From the NCBI GenBank assembly GCA_030141605.1, contig JAQGDQ010000679.1, forward strand, positions 1-64,000: a stretch of 64,000 nucleotides of DNA. Reading direction: 5' to 3'. The stretch is from Tubiluchus corallicola (lineage: Eukaryota; Animalia; Priapulida). The notes under the pieces are model-generated. The model did not search any database. It was not told the origin of the DNA and saw nothing but the letters and a program-made list of their open reading frames with translations. Below are positions 1 through 11,960 of this stretch, piece by piece (the stretch's first letter is position 1; the number at the start of each line of letters is the position of its first letter). The position numbers were made by a program, and so were the translations under genes.

Positions 1-640
1 AGACTTTCTCGAAATGGAACATGGAACTAACTCGTAGTAGTTTGTTCGAGTGGAGATAATAAAAAAGATGTAATAAACACTCTCCCTGAGACCTCCACGA
101 ACTGCTTCACAAATGTTTTTGTACGTGGTTCTCGCTCGATTTTTGCGAAATATTAGACTCTCCATTTTGGTTGTTTTATGTTCGTTTTTCTCACAAAGTT
201 TTCGGAAATTTTGTATTTACATAACAGACAAAAACCAACCAACCAACAAACAAACTGTGTTGAAGCATAACTTTCTTGGTAGATGTAAAAATAATTAAAA
301 CAATTATCCTCCACGGTAATCCTAACCCTAAACTCACATTTTACTAAGTGTGCCATTTTTTCCTAGAAATTTTTTTGTCTACTTTTCCGTTTGTAGTAAA
401 TGTTTTTGTCTGTTAAGCCTATTAAATAAAAACTGTCTAAGAAATTTCCAAGAAACTTTGTGAAGAAAAGCGGGTATAGGCTGCCAAAATGGGAATCTGT
501 GTTCGCAAATCTTGATCGAACACCACGTACAAAAAACATTCGTGGAGGTCTCAGGGGGAGTTCCTAATACTTCTTTTTTGTTATCTCCACCTGGACAATC
601 AACTACGAGTTAGTTCAAGCTTACATTTCGAGAAATTCTC
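1..640. mobile_element. Foldback/MITE-like element with long imperfect inverted arms (left end may be cut by the window edge)
   Basis: 1-~250 (TTTCTCGAAATG..GAACTAACTCGTAG..TGGAGATAA..CCCTGAGACCTCCACGAA..TTTTTGTACGTGGT) is mirrored in reverse complement at ~400-640. CCTAACCCTAA lies at the centre (~321). Confidence 0.7.
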
Positions 641-1071
641 GCTTGTAAGACTGTGTAGCACTGTTTATAACCTTTGCTTATTGTGTATCATTAATGTGCG
701 TGGCCTTATAAGTTATATAGTAAAAAAGGTAGATAAACACTATGTAGAACATTTGTGCATTATTTATTATAAATCTATTTAATGAACTTTGCGAGTGTTA
801 TGCTAGACTATATAATACCAACACAGGTACATTTTCTACATTTGTTTGTTTACCTTTGTGTTCCTTTTTTGACTCAAAAGAATCAGAAGAAAAAGTTTAG
901 GATTGTGCGGCTTTGGCAGAGTTCTGCTTCCTACTGAGCGAATTCTAGTTTTATTATAGAAATTAATCGCATAAAATAACATGTGCCATTTTTTCCGTGC
1001 CATTTTTCCCGGTCAAATCGGTCAAATGTTGTCATTCAAGAACATTGTGTGTCGTGTTCACACTCGTCTAA

Positions 1072-1944
1072 TGGCGCGTTCAGACGTTGAGACTTCTCTC
1101 GCAACTTCTCTCTGAAAGAAGTTGCAAAACCGTTCAACATTGCAACAACTTCCGAGAGAAGTTGCAAAACCGTTCACACGTTGTAACAAGTTGCGAGAGA
1201 AGTTTCAAAACCGTTCACACGTTGCAACGACTTCCGAGAGAAGTTGCAAAACCGTTCACACGTTGCAACGACTTCCGAGAGAAGTTGCAAAACCGTTCAC
1301 ACGTTGCAACAACTTCCAAGAGAAGTTGTAAAACCGTTCACACGTTGCAACAAGTTGCGAGAGAAGTCGCAAAACCGTTCACACGTTGCAACAAATTCCG
1401 AGAGAAGTTGCAAAACCGTTCACACGTTGCAACAAGTTGTGAGAGAGTTGCAAAACCGTTCACACGTTGCAACAAGTTGCGAGAGAAGTTGCCAAACCGT
1501 TCAACATTGCAACAAGTTGCGAGAGAAGTTGCAAAACCGTTCACACGTTGCAACAAGTTGTGAGAGAGTTGCAAAACCGTTCACACGTTGCAACAAGTTG
1601 TGAGAGAAGTCGCTAAACCGTTCACACGTTGCAACAAGTTGCGAGAGAAGTTGCAAAACCGTTCACACGTTGCAACAAGTTGCGAGAGAAGTTGCCAAAC
1701 CGTTCACACGTTGCAACAAGTTGCGAGAGAAGTTGCCAAACCGTTCACACGTTGCAACAAGTTGCCAGAGAAGTCGCAAAACCGTTCACACGTTGCAACA
1801 AGTTGTGAGAGAAGTCGCCAAACCGTTCACACGTTGCAACAAGTTGCGAGAGAAGTCGCAAAACCGTTCACACGTTGTGACTTTACTCTCAAAAAGAAGC
1901 TACGCAACAAATTGCGAGAGAAGTCTCTACGTCTGAACGCGTCA
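1072..1944. mobile_element. PIF/Harbinger-type MITE filled with a 41-bp tandem repeat
   Basis: TIRs TGGCGCGTTCAGACGTTGAGACTTCTCTCGCAA / TTGCGAGAGAAGTCTCTACGTCTGAACGCGTCA, flanked by direct TAA at 1069-1071 and 1945-1947. A TWA TSD is the Harbinger signature. Confidence 0.75.
1113..1880. repeat. 41-bp minisatellite, about 19 copies
   Basis: Unit GAGAGAAGTTGCAAAACCGTTCACACGTTGCAACAAGTTGC; period 41 (e.g. 1154, 1195). It explains the overlapping repetitive ORFs. Confidence 0.95.
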
Positions 1945-2262
1945 TAACAGTAAAGGAGCTGAGGGTGGACGAATGCATGGAGTTGAGCGAAAAGCAGTTG
2001 AAATTTTCCAACACACTGCTGGCAGTTAAGTCGACTTTAGTCGACAATGCAGCGTCCCTAAATATATCAGATATTGAAGCAATAACAGTTTCATTACCTC
2101 ATTTTGTTTTAAAAAAGTCTTATGCACATCCTTTTCAATTTAACTTACAAAACTCTGCTTAATTAGGAGTGAGATTCCCTGTTTTATTCTCATCTCTTTT
2201 TTCGTTTTTGTTTCGGTAATTTGGCCTTTTTCAATATTTTGTCTAATAGGCTGTATAATTAA

Positions 2263-2717
2263 CCCTTTCATACCAGTTGCATCCCGTGGGATACGAGAAT
2301 ATTTTCTGCCTTTAAAATTAATAAAATTTTAAAACTGACAGTTATTTGATCTGTTTATAGTTATTTTGATTTAAGCCAATAACAAGAGACTAAAATAGTG
2401 ATAAAATGGCAAACTAGAAAATCTACATAACATAAAAAACTGCGCAAGGTACAGTACTTTAGAGACGACTTTGTACAGATTAGCATAGCATGCATACTAA
2501 ATGTCTTAAATACTTTAAAAATTATCAGCAGTTGCAAAATGAAGCACATTTTATGCTTCCATTGAATCCCAATGTATCCCGTGGGATAGAGGCTATATTT
2601 AGCACACGGGCACAGGTAGAAAAATAATTATTATGTGTAAACAAGATGGACACACTGAAGAAAAGTACGAAGCCAAAAAAATTTTTCTTATTAAAAAATA
2701 ATTTGGAACTGAAAGGG
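2263..2717. mobile_element. piggyBac-type MITE, copy 1
   Basis: TTAA|CCCTTTCA...TGAAAGGG|TTAA termini; near-identical inverted copy at 29926-30381. Confidence 0.8.
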
Positions 2718-2879
2718 TTAAGCAACTAAAAGCTATAATAACTAGCATAATTTGACAATTTGACAACACACTGTTAAATAAAGAAATGTTAAAAATGTAA
2801 CAATTTGTGTAAATTTGCTTATTGATTTAAAGCTAGATCTATTTAATCTTCACACGTTTACAACTTGCTGCTTTTACAG

Positions 2880-3479
2880 GAAGCATTTTTCCTGGAGCCT
2901 GACCACGGGATAAATTTCAGCGAGCGTCTTACAAACTCTGGAACACTTCCAGACCTAAGTGAATTGAAGCAACTCTCAAAATTTGGGATCGAAGCGCTCT
3001 TAACCGACAAACGCGTCTACGAAACTGTCTTCACTAACAAACGGGTGTGTGTTGGATGGGAGCCGTTTAGATGTTTTCCAGAAAATTTAGAAACCATCTT
3101 TGATAAGCACAATCCGGTCGTAATCGTTGACAGTTTGGGCCACGACGGTTTACCAACTAGCATCAGTGTTTGCTCAAATATGATGTTAACACGAGACCAA
3201 TTATCAGCACAAATTACGATATACGGGCAGGAGAAAGTGCTTGCTGTAAAACACGCTTATGCGCAAGTGTTGCATGCTGCCGCCATCTATCGGAGGTATA
3301 TTATAAAATTCACTTTTCATCTTTTCTGTACGATGACCAGACGGGAATTAAAACTTGCTTTTGAGCGGAGTGGATTACGAGAAAGTACTTGGCATGGTAT
3401 GCAGGATCCACGAATGGTGGGGTTCGAAACGTCACTCTCGAACACGAGTGTAGTGACAGAAACGTATTCAAAAATGTGA
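2880..3479 (+). CDS. Terminal coding exon of a NAT16/histidine N-acetyltransferase-like protein (C-terminal domain); upstream exons not identified in the window
   Basis: Acceptor CTTTTACAG|G at 2879/2880, phase 0, 199 open codons to TGA. The motif order VCVGWEPF-xxxxxNL-...-IVDS-...-SISVCS-...-ITIYG-...-AQVLH matches, from recall, the NAT16 C-terminal region (IIQDWQPY..SNL..VDS..LTLCT..IDAFG..QLLWHL). Confidence 0.55.
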   Translation, partial: EAFFLEPDHGINFSERLTNSGTLPDLSELKQLSKFGIEALLTDKRVYETVFTNKRVCVGWEPFRCFPENLETIFDKHNPVVIVDSLGHDGLPTSISVCSNMMLTRDQLSAQITIYGQEKVLAVKHAYAQVLHAAAIYRRYIIKFTFHLFCTMTRRELKLAFERSGLRESTWHGMQDPRMVGFETSLSNTSVVTETYSKM

Positions 3480-3779
3480 CTTTAGCGTTATCATATACAA
3501 AAAGCTTTTTACAGAAATGAATCGGTAAAAAGAAATGGTTGCTTACTTTAGAGATCTAAATAATATAACACACATACATAGACGTATACTTCATTTGCCA
3601 TAAATGGATTACAACAAAATCACAATCTTCAGTGTTAAAAAAATATTTTCAATACAGAAACACTGTTAAATTCAAATCCGTCTTGTGCAAAACTATAAAC
3701 TACTACTGCATAAAATTAAAACTGAAAGCAATTACATACATATGTACTATAGGTTAACAAAACTATATACATATTGTTG

Positions 3780-4390
3780 ATGATGACATATCTTTACTTG
3801 CACAATATATACATTGTGCAAATATATATACAATTTGCAGACCAATAATTCTGCACTGTATCATGACAATAAGTCTTATTATATACAACAGGGTCAATTA
3901 ATATTATTAATTGTTATTTGGGTTATTGTTGTGTGTCTTGATTTATTGTATTATTTGAATTAGTTTGTGACGTGCATATGAACTTTGTAAAGTTTGAAAT
4001 AAAATATTAAATCAAATCGAATCAATTATAATTATGTCCTTAATACATGTACCACAAATTTGCTTATAAAACATTTTAGCAACTATTTATAATAATTAAG
4101 GTCCATAATAACAGAATTCATTCACTGGGACTATCTAGACTGCACTATTAGGAAAGCATTAAAAATGACAAACTTTTCTACATGCACGCTTTACTTACAA
4201 ATATATACCAACAAGGGCTTTTGCTAAAGTTTATGATAAAGCCAGGACAAATTTTGCCTGAGTTATACACACATTTATATATAATATATATAGAATATAA
4301 TATATATTTCTTACATATGTGCGTGAACTAAAATTTACACTGCATTATGCATTTAACCCTTTTACATCCCCTTACAAACTGATAAGATAA
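3780..4390. repeat. Dispersed duplicated segment (second copy at ~54370-54806)
   Basis: CAATTATAATTATGTCCTTAATACA..TTGCTTATAAAACATTTTAGCAA..CCATAATAACAGAATTCATTCACTGGGA..TTATGCATTTAACCCTTTTACATC..TTACAAACT is shared in the same orientation. Confidence 0.85.
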
Positions 4391-5654
4391 AACCGTCTCT
4401 TGCAAAATTAACTAGAGTATAGTTAATATACATACACAGGCATCTATACACAGAACTGGTATAAAAGGCTTTTATAATGCACTTTCATTTCAAAATATGC
4501 CTAGGAGGGCTGTGAAAAAGTGTTTATTTCAAAGGTAAGTAGCCCACAGTTTATCACGAGAATTATTATGCCTGCATAAAAGAGTTTTGGGCTTTTGGTA
4601 GTACCGGGTTTTTGTTTGCACAATAAATTAAACAGAGAGTCAAATCAAAGAAGATAAAATGAATTTAATATGAGTGAAATATTACTGAGGTTAAACTGAC
4701 AAACTGAGACGTCTGCTTTAAATTTTCAATATGTAACAAAAACACGCTCATACAAACCAGTGTTTTTAGTATGGATGCACATCATTGCATAATGTTTTCG
4801 AGACATTTGTGTAGTTATGTGTGAATTTTGTGCAACAACATTACTTCTGTATATGGAATTTAAGAGGTTAACATTGTGTCTTGATCTTGGTTTAAAATGT
4901 GTGTACTACTTCATTATTTAAAAAATGTAATACAGCAAAAATATGGTCTTGCAAACTAATTTTTTAGTACGCATGTAACATCATTGTCTCGTGTTTTCGA
5001 AACATTAATGTAGTTGTGTAAATTTTCACAACAAAATTTGCATTGTGAATTTAGGTTAATACATTATGCCAAATGTACTGTGCTTTGCAATTTTATCTTT
5101 AATATTTTTCTAAATCTAAGCGTGTGTATCTTCCAAGGTGCATATTCGTGGAAATTATGCGATAATTAAAAGCAATTATACTACACTTTTACATTGTCTT
5201 GCACATTATACCTGAGACCAAATGACGCGGTTGATTTTACCATTTTGCCGCTAAGTGAGTGACCAGCTACGTCAACTGCAGTTTACATCATAATGATCTT
5301 CGAGATTAAAACTCAATCGCTTCAAATGCAATATACACAATAATAGTGTCGGGAAATAACATTAACTTAGACATTCCCAATGACAAGCTTTAGCCTTAAT
5401 ATCTATAAAAATTAAAAATCTTCTAACAGTCTTAGACACGTACCTACATATATTCTTGAAGGTCATAATTTATTCAAAATAAAGCATAGCCTACCTTAAT
5501 CGCGGCAAAAATTCTTCTCGGTCTAATCTAAGTTATCTTGCTTGACATAATAACTAACACTAAGAGGCCAAAAGCAGCAGTCAATTCTTATCGCGATACT
5601 TTTCACCATAATTTTTTACCTAGAGTTAATTTGCTTTGGCGCTTATGGCTTTCA

Positions 5655-5765
5655 TACAATGCGCTGCGCAGACTGTACATGCCCGGATGCTGTATTTTTA
5701 GCTGAATTTGCGTTTCGCCCGCGTGATTCCGATGCTCTTTGTTCATTGATTGTACCGGCGTGATG
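5655..5765 (+). promoter_or_regulatory. Probable ANKRD10 promoter / 5' region
   Basis: CpG-richer patch just upstream of the ATG with NRF1-like TGCGCTGCGCA, Ets-like CCCGGATG and E2F-like TTTCGCCCGC. Motif inference only. Confidence 0.35.
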
Positions 5766-5848
5766 TTGTTTTTCCCTATATTTTCGAAAATACCCCATTA
5801 ATAAACTATTAAACCTCGTCAGCAATTATCCAACACATCCATGGCAAC

Positions 5849-6064
5849 ATGTCCGAAGACATCGACTTTGGTGAGTGGGGCAAAATGAGCGAAGAAATCT
5901 TACAAAAACAATTTCCCTTGCACCGCGCTTGCAGGGACGGTGATTTGGATACAGTGACAATATTATTGGATTCCGATGCACCTAATGGAGGACGAAACGA
6001 TATTTATGTTGAAGATATATTCTACGGTTGGACGCCAGCACATTGGGCTGCGTATTTTGGGAAG
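5849..6064 (+). CDS. ANKRD10: Ankyrin repeat domain-containing protein 10, exon 1
   Basis: MSEEILQKQFPLHRACRDGDL...EDIFYGWTPAHWAAYFGK matches the ANKRD10 N-terminus (EELLSLRFPLHRACRDGDL...EDSFYGWTPVHWAAHFGK). ATG context GCAACATGT; donor AAG|GTGAAT, phase 0. Confidence 0.93.
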
Positions 6065-7293
6065 GTGAATATCAGAATTTTCCTATCGTACGTATCGTAT
6101 TTCACATTTTGTGTATTGATTGTACAGCACTGCGCAAGCCAAGGGAAGCCGAAGGACAAATATTTAGCTGCAGCGCACGCGAGATGCGCTCACTGTCAAT
6201 ATAAATCTCGAAATTTATGATATTTTACAACAAGAGTTTCATGAAACTGTTCATTTTGTCTTTGACCAGCGAACTGAACGACTATTTTGTTTGTCATACA
6301 AAATACTTCTAGTAAAATAGGCCATTTAAATATAATTATCCGGACCAGAATTTCACTAACTCTAAGGTGGCGCTTTTGCCGTCAAAGTTTTATGTCTTGG
6401 CACTTGGCAACAATTTATTAGTCTTAGTATTGTGCTGAAATATCAACGTTTTTAATCATTTTAAAATAACACAGACTTGCTCAAAATTTAAAATATAAAA
6501 TTATTTTTTCTAATTACTACTTTGTGAATTTTTTATTTACTTGATTAGTCTAAATTTGATAATAATAATAATCAAACTAGCAAATTAGCGAGCACTTAGC
6601 TTCTGAAATTATGTAACCATAGTTGCATTTTTATTATAAGTATGAGTTCTTAATAATAAAAGTTCAGGTAATTTTTGTAACAAATTTTATGAGGCAGAAT
6701 TTCATTTTTTACAAACATGTAATTTTCTTAAAACCTTGTGTAATAAGGTGTGATAACAATGACATGCTAATTTATCATACCTCTAAATGCTTCAGAAACT
6801 GTGAAAATTGCTATAATATTTTGGTTAATGACCTTTGTACTGAAAGCCACAAATCCTTTAATAGATGACAAATGAGGTGTAGTTTTGCCAGTGTTTGTTT
6901 TACGATTAAAGAGAGCAACATGATAGTCGTTGAGGCTTATCATCATTGCTCCATTTGAATATTTTACCACTGGGTTACCAGATTACGGTTGCGAGGTGTT
7001 AATCGAGTTGCTAAAGCAATGACTAGATTGTAGTTACAACGTGTTAGGAATCTTTTCGGTCGGTGAGTTGTGTTAATTATAGTTAAAATTGTCTAATGCC
7101 AATCATTTTTATTTGCTTGAATAGGTGCAATAAAAATAAACAATTTGCAAACTGAGTGTTTAAGAGAAAGAGAATGTTTGTATTTCTTGCAATTGTGAAA
7201 CATATTTGCTTAAAAGGACAATTTTCTTGCATCTACAGAAAGGTTAATTGTAAGTAATCCAAGTCAGTTTTTTATTACAGGCCCTTAAAAACA

Positions 7294-7504
7294 TTTATAG
7301 TTAAAAGGCCACGACTTTATTATTAAAACTTTTACTTTACATAGTTAAAAATCACGTTTGACATGACAGAAATCATGTCATAGTTTAAAATCATAATCAC
7401 GTTTGACATGACAGAAATCATGTCATAGTTTAAAATCACATTCGATATGATTTTTAACTATGTAAATTGAAAGTTTTAATAAAGTTGTGTTGTTTTAACT
7501 ATAA
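7294..7504. mobile_element. Small AT-rich hairpin (MITE-like) with an internal ~47-bp tandem duplication
   Basis: TTATAGTTAAAA..ACTTTATT..AAAACTTT..TTTACATAGTTAAAAATCA is mirrored by TGATTTTTAACTATGTAAA..AAAGTTTTAATAAAGT..TTTTAACTATAA. AATCACGTTTGACATGACAGAAATCATGTCATAGTTTAAAATCA occurs twice. Confidence 0.6.
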
Positions 7505-8949
7505 GTATTAATTCTAATTATAATTATATATATTAACAATAAATTTTATTTTTTGGTGATAGTTCAGACTAAGTCAAGTCGAGTAGATTTTGTTGATTTC
7601 AACCATGCAGTGTCTGCCACTTTTTTACTACATGTAATAGTAATAGTATTAATATTAGTAATAGTAATTTTATTTTCCTCCATAAATTTACAATGATTTG
7701 ACAATAAAATACACAAAAATACAAACGAACATGGGAGAAAGGTTGGCGAAAAACCAAAGGTTATCGAGTCAACCACCCTTCTCAAAAGACAGTAAACAAA
7801 AAGATGCTAATGACAGCAGACACAACTATATTAAAAAATACATAAACATTCAGAAATACAAAAACAAATACAACAATAGCAAAAAAACAAATCCAAAAAC
7901 TATGACAAATTTATGAACTACTAAGCAACTCATTGAAAATGCAGAATGTAGCATTATTGTAAAGTTTTGTAGATTTTCAGTTTCAACTTATACCGTTTGT
8001 GCATTAAGTTTTGTTCATTTGAACTTGACGTTACCAAGTCTAACATTTTATTACAAAGCTGAAGCTGGAAAATTAAAAATCCGATATTGCAGCTACTTTA
8101 AAATCTCAGTTTCAATTGGCCAAGTTATTAACTGCAGTTAAATGTTTTCTTTATTAAAAAAATTGTAATGATATAGTTGTTAATATATTACTTAATTTAA
8201 CGACTTATTCTTTTTGTTATTTATAGGCAAAGCTGATTCATTAAAAATGGCATGTTTATTAATTTATTAATAACGATGAATTTATTGAATTATTACTTAC
8301 ATTCTTCATAAGCAAAACTTATTAATAAATAAACAACATTTTAAGTACATTCAAAACATGTTGAAACTTGAAAAACTTATTTAATGATACTGGAATTTTA
8401 ATTTAATTGCTCGATTTAAAGAAATATGGCAAAACGACCAAACAAAGCAAAGTCATTCGCTTTGTTTCATTTAGTCTGCACTGCTATAGTTAGATAGATA
8501 GGTAGAAATTAATTTTTAAATGGATACATTAAAATTGCATTATTTTTATGTGAATATTGTTTCCATATTTAATGGTCCGTGCAGTTATTAAAGTTAAAAT
8601 GAGATAGTATTCAAAATTATAAGTAAATTACAAAGTTATCCTCTGTTTTCGTGTTCAACCTCCATATTCATATTCACTTTCGTATTTATCGTTGTTTTTT
8701 GCTAGTAGACCTCGATGAATATCTTAGCATTTTTTTATTATATAATTATTTTTTCTTAAATAATCACGATAGTAATCAAACAGTGATAATCCTTTGATTG
8801 ACATTGATTTTTCTATCATTACTCCTCAAAATCAGAACGAGAATTCAAGAATACAGCTGCCGTTGCACCTGCGGTACTTTCCAAGGCCAAGCGAGGTTAT
8901 TTCCACCGAGTAAAATTACGGGTCTGTAGTCATGGTAAACGCGACCAAT

Positions 8950-9115
8950 GCCCCCAAGCTGTTTCGTGGCTGCAAGTCCACAAACCGCGCATGCGCATCG
9001 AGTAGGCGCGCGCTCTTTTGACTTTGAAAACTTTGTCGTGAAGCAATGTGATGCTGTACTTTTCCGCCTAGATACCAAAAGCAGCGTAGTTTCAGAAAGA
9101 TTAAAGTTTGAAATC
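8950..9115. repeat. Dispersed repeat segment, inverted relative to 11455-11580
   Basis: CCACAAACCGCGCATGCGCATCGAGTAGGC...GTTTCAGAAAGATTAAAGT is the reverse complement of ACTTTAACGTCTCTGAAAC...GCCTACTCGGTGCGCATGCGCGTTTTGTGG. Confidence 0.7.
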
Positions 9116-9329
9116 GATTTTTTTTCGCCAAGGCAATAGTGAATATATTGTGGAGCTGCTTGTTCACGTTGTGATGAACTATAACTGCATTTACTCTGGT
9201 CTGAGTGCACACTGCATAACTGTACTTATTCGTAATAGTAATTATGACTGATAATAATGTTGTCACTTTTAATTGGATATCAGTGCAATAAGATGGGTGG
9301 GCAGTATGTCTGGTCACAGTGCTTAGCAA

Positions 9330-9363
9330 TCGAAGTTAAGCAGCCCTGCACCTGGTTAGCACA
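9330..9363 (+). other. 5S rRNA-like fragment, probably part of a SINE
   Basis: CGAAGTTAAGCAGCCCTGCACCTGGTTAGCAC resembles the 5S internal control region (CGAAGTTAAGCAGCGTCGGGCCCGGTTAGTAC). Not a full gene. Confidence 0.3.
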
Positions 9364-9391
9364 GTTAGCTAGTTTTTGGTTCACCCACAAC

Positions 9392-9901
9392 TAGGGTCGC
9401 CAGAGTTCCGTTATATGCAGGGCATGTCCCATATTTGATAATTTTGTCCCGTACTGACCTTTCTGAGAAACACAACTATCCCATATTTGATAATTTTGTC
9501 CCGTACTGACCTTTCTCAGACACCCAACTATCCCTTCTTAGTTCATTTTCGAATATCGTAATTAGAAGAAATATTTTTCCTACCTTCTTACGGCTCTTAT
9601 CTGTAACTTTACGAGTAATTATAATTTATTTTCTCAGATTCTCTTGATGAAAATAAGCCGAATGTGACGATTAAATAATAATATTTCTCTGTTGTCTGCA
9701 TTAAATAATTTTCAAATTATTTTACTTTTGTTTTTCAAGCAACCAATTAAAATCCTTACTTTGTGCTTTTAACTTATGTCTCTACTTTTATGTATACAAT
9801 GTATTGGTATGGGTGTGTAGGCATGTATAAATTTTTGTAGTAACATGGAAAGAGATTTTAGGAGTGTTCCGTATTTCTAATATTCTAATCTGGCAAACCT
9901 G
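9392..9901. mobile_element. hAT-type MITE
   Basis: Perfect 8-bp TSD CCCACAAC (9384-9391, 9902-9909); TIRs TAGGGTCGCCAGA / TCTGGCAAACCTG; internal ~52-bp duplication at 9429-9533. Confidence 0.8.
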
Positions 9902-10239
9902 CCCACAACTACCTATATTAAGTAAGCCCTGCAGTTGCAGGTTTCTAAACTATATAATAATAATAATAATAATCGATTAGTGCATAATTTATGAAGTTAT
10001 GAAGGTACATGTGTAATTCTTTTTGCAGTACGTATTTTGTCCACCAAAAGAAGACAGTTTGCTTGATATATAGAAAAGCAATTAAAAATTTCTCGGCATC
10101 GAGTTGAACTCACAACCTCTGGCTCTCAAGGCGTGCGGGCAATAGAGCCACTGAGTCTGACCAGCTGTTGTAAAACGGCCAGATGATGTGAATCTAATTT
10201 GTTATTTACCTGATTTCTGTAAACGCGTGTGAAGTTTAG

Positions 10240-10729
10240 AGGAACACAGGATGATAGTATATTTCATATACTACTGCATTTTCAAGTACGGTAAAAGTAT
10301 ACATTTTAACACAATTAATACTGCAAAAGCGTTTTTGATAAATAATAAATGAAAAACTTAATTAGTGACGGGCGAGCTCAACTTTTGATGACATCACAAA
10401 CTAACATAATTTTCAACAGCAAAAATGTTCCATGAGTGGGTTGCACGTGTTTGTGAAAGCGAAAATTTATACCAAACTAACACATCTCAACTGAGAGGCA
10501 CAGCTCCTGTTTTTTGTGCAATGCAGGCACTAGTGCCCGTCTAACTAGCAAATGGCGAAATACATGTAACTGTAACAGTGAAGAACTAGTGGCGCATACG
10601 TGAAATTGTGTTTGTGTGGTAATAATACTTGCACGTAAGTCATTTTTGAAAAAAATAGTATACTTCCTTTCAATATTTTAAAGGGTAAATTGTTTTGACC
10701 TGCAGTTTAAAATTTGGTCCGGTTTTGCT
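10240..10729 (+). mobile_element. Kolobok-type non-autonomous element, family A copy 1
   Basis: Termini AGGAACACAGG...CCGGTTTTGCT|TTAA; internal sequence shared with 16691-17306, 23334-23745 and 25842-26172. Confidence 0.65.
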
Positions 10730-10919
10730 TTAAGTACTGAGAGGGATTTGATCACCCTGAGGTTGGATGGTGGGGCGGGAGTGGGGGTGTGAGGGAGCTG
10801 CTGTTTGCCTTCTACTTCGGCCACAAGTTTTCTTAGGAGTGTTGATTAGACTTTTGCCTTGCAATTTTGCAAACTTAAAGAAGTCTCAAGTTCAGTTCAA
10901 TGGTCTTAAACGATTTGGC

Positions 10920-11960
10920 TTCTATTAGTGAAACTATCAACACAACAAAAATCATCCATAAAAATCGTGGATGACAAAGTTTTGTTCTTTCTTATTTCTT
11001 AAAAAAACAGATATTTCGAAATTTATTATGAAATATCTTGGCTAGTCAGCCCTGCACCCGATTAGCAAGCAAGATCCTGCTAGCAAATCACTATACACAC
11101 AGATTAATGCATAATTAAGTAAAGTAAAGTCCACGTAAAACAACTGACGTTACTGAACTGATGCGGCAGACAGTTTTGCTTTACCCACACGTCACGTGAC
11201 GGTTATAGTTATTACGGGTTTCACCATCAGTGTTAACTGACATTACTGAACTGATACGGCAGATGGCTTTGCTTTTCCTTACATGTCGCGTGACGGTTGT
11301 AGTTATTACGGGTTTCACCATCAGTGTCATGTGGGCAATATGCCACATCTAGAAATGACAGATAGAAGAAAAAGGCTGTTTTGTGACTGCCCGCTGTCTA
11401 TTTCAGTTTGAGACTTCAATCAGACAGAGTTTTCAGACTTTTAGACTGAATTAGTTTCAGACTTTAACGTCTCTGAAACTGCGCTTCTTTTCGTATCTTG
11501 GCGAAAAAATACACTAGATATCTCATTGCTTCAAAACAGTGCGTGCCTACTCGGTGCGCATGCGCGTTTTGTGGGTTGACCAGCTGTGTTATATTGCCTT
11601 CTTGCATGCTGGTTTGTGGGTTGACCAGCTGTGTTATATCGCCTTCATGCATGCGGGTTTGTGGGTTGACCAGCTGTGTTATATTGCCTTCGCGCATGCG
11701 CGGTTTGTGGGTTGACCAGCTGTGTTATATTGCCTTCGCGCATGCTGGTTTGTGGGTTGACCAGCTGTGTTATATTGCCTTCGCGCATGCGCGGTTTGTG
11801 GGTTGACCAGCTGTGTTATATTGCTTACATAATACTGATGATCAAACCCTCAAGGATTTCGAAATATCTGTTATTCTTTTGTTTTTTATAAGAAAGAATA
11901 AAATTTTACCGTCCTTGATTCGTCTATGATTTTTCTTATGTCAGTTCACTGATTAGAGAA
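10920..11960. mobile_element. Element with degenerate inverted arms and internal duplications
   Basis: 10920-11025 is mirrored at ~11855-11960 (TTCTTTCTTAT..AACAGATATTTCGAAAT vs ATTTCGAAATATCTGTT..ATAAGAAAGAA). It contains a ~92-bp duplication at 11142-11327. Confidence 0.45.
11557..11826. repeat. 45-46-bp minisatellite, 6 copies
   Basis: Unit GCATGCGCGGTTTGTGGGTTGACCAGCTGTGTTATATTGCCTTCGC. Confidence 0.9.

Noticed and set aside
1087-1947. Overlapping repetitive ORFs; CRISPR-like periodicity
   Set aside because: Translation of a 41-bp tandem repeat; no unique spacers, no cas genes, eukaryotic context.
6065-6220. Continuation of the 123-aa ORF beyond ANKRD10 exon 1
   Set aside because: Homology ends at the donor AAG|GTGAAT; the remainder is intron read-through.
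10094-10156. tRNA-like A/B-box sequence on the minus strand
   Set aside because: No complete cloverleaf; at most a decayed tRNA-derived SINE head.
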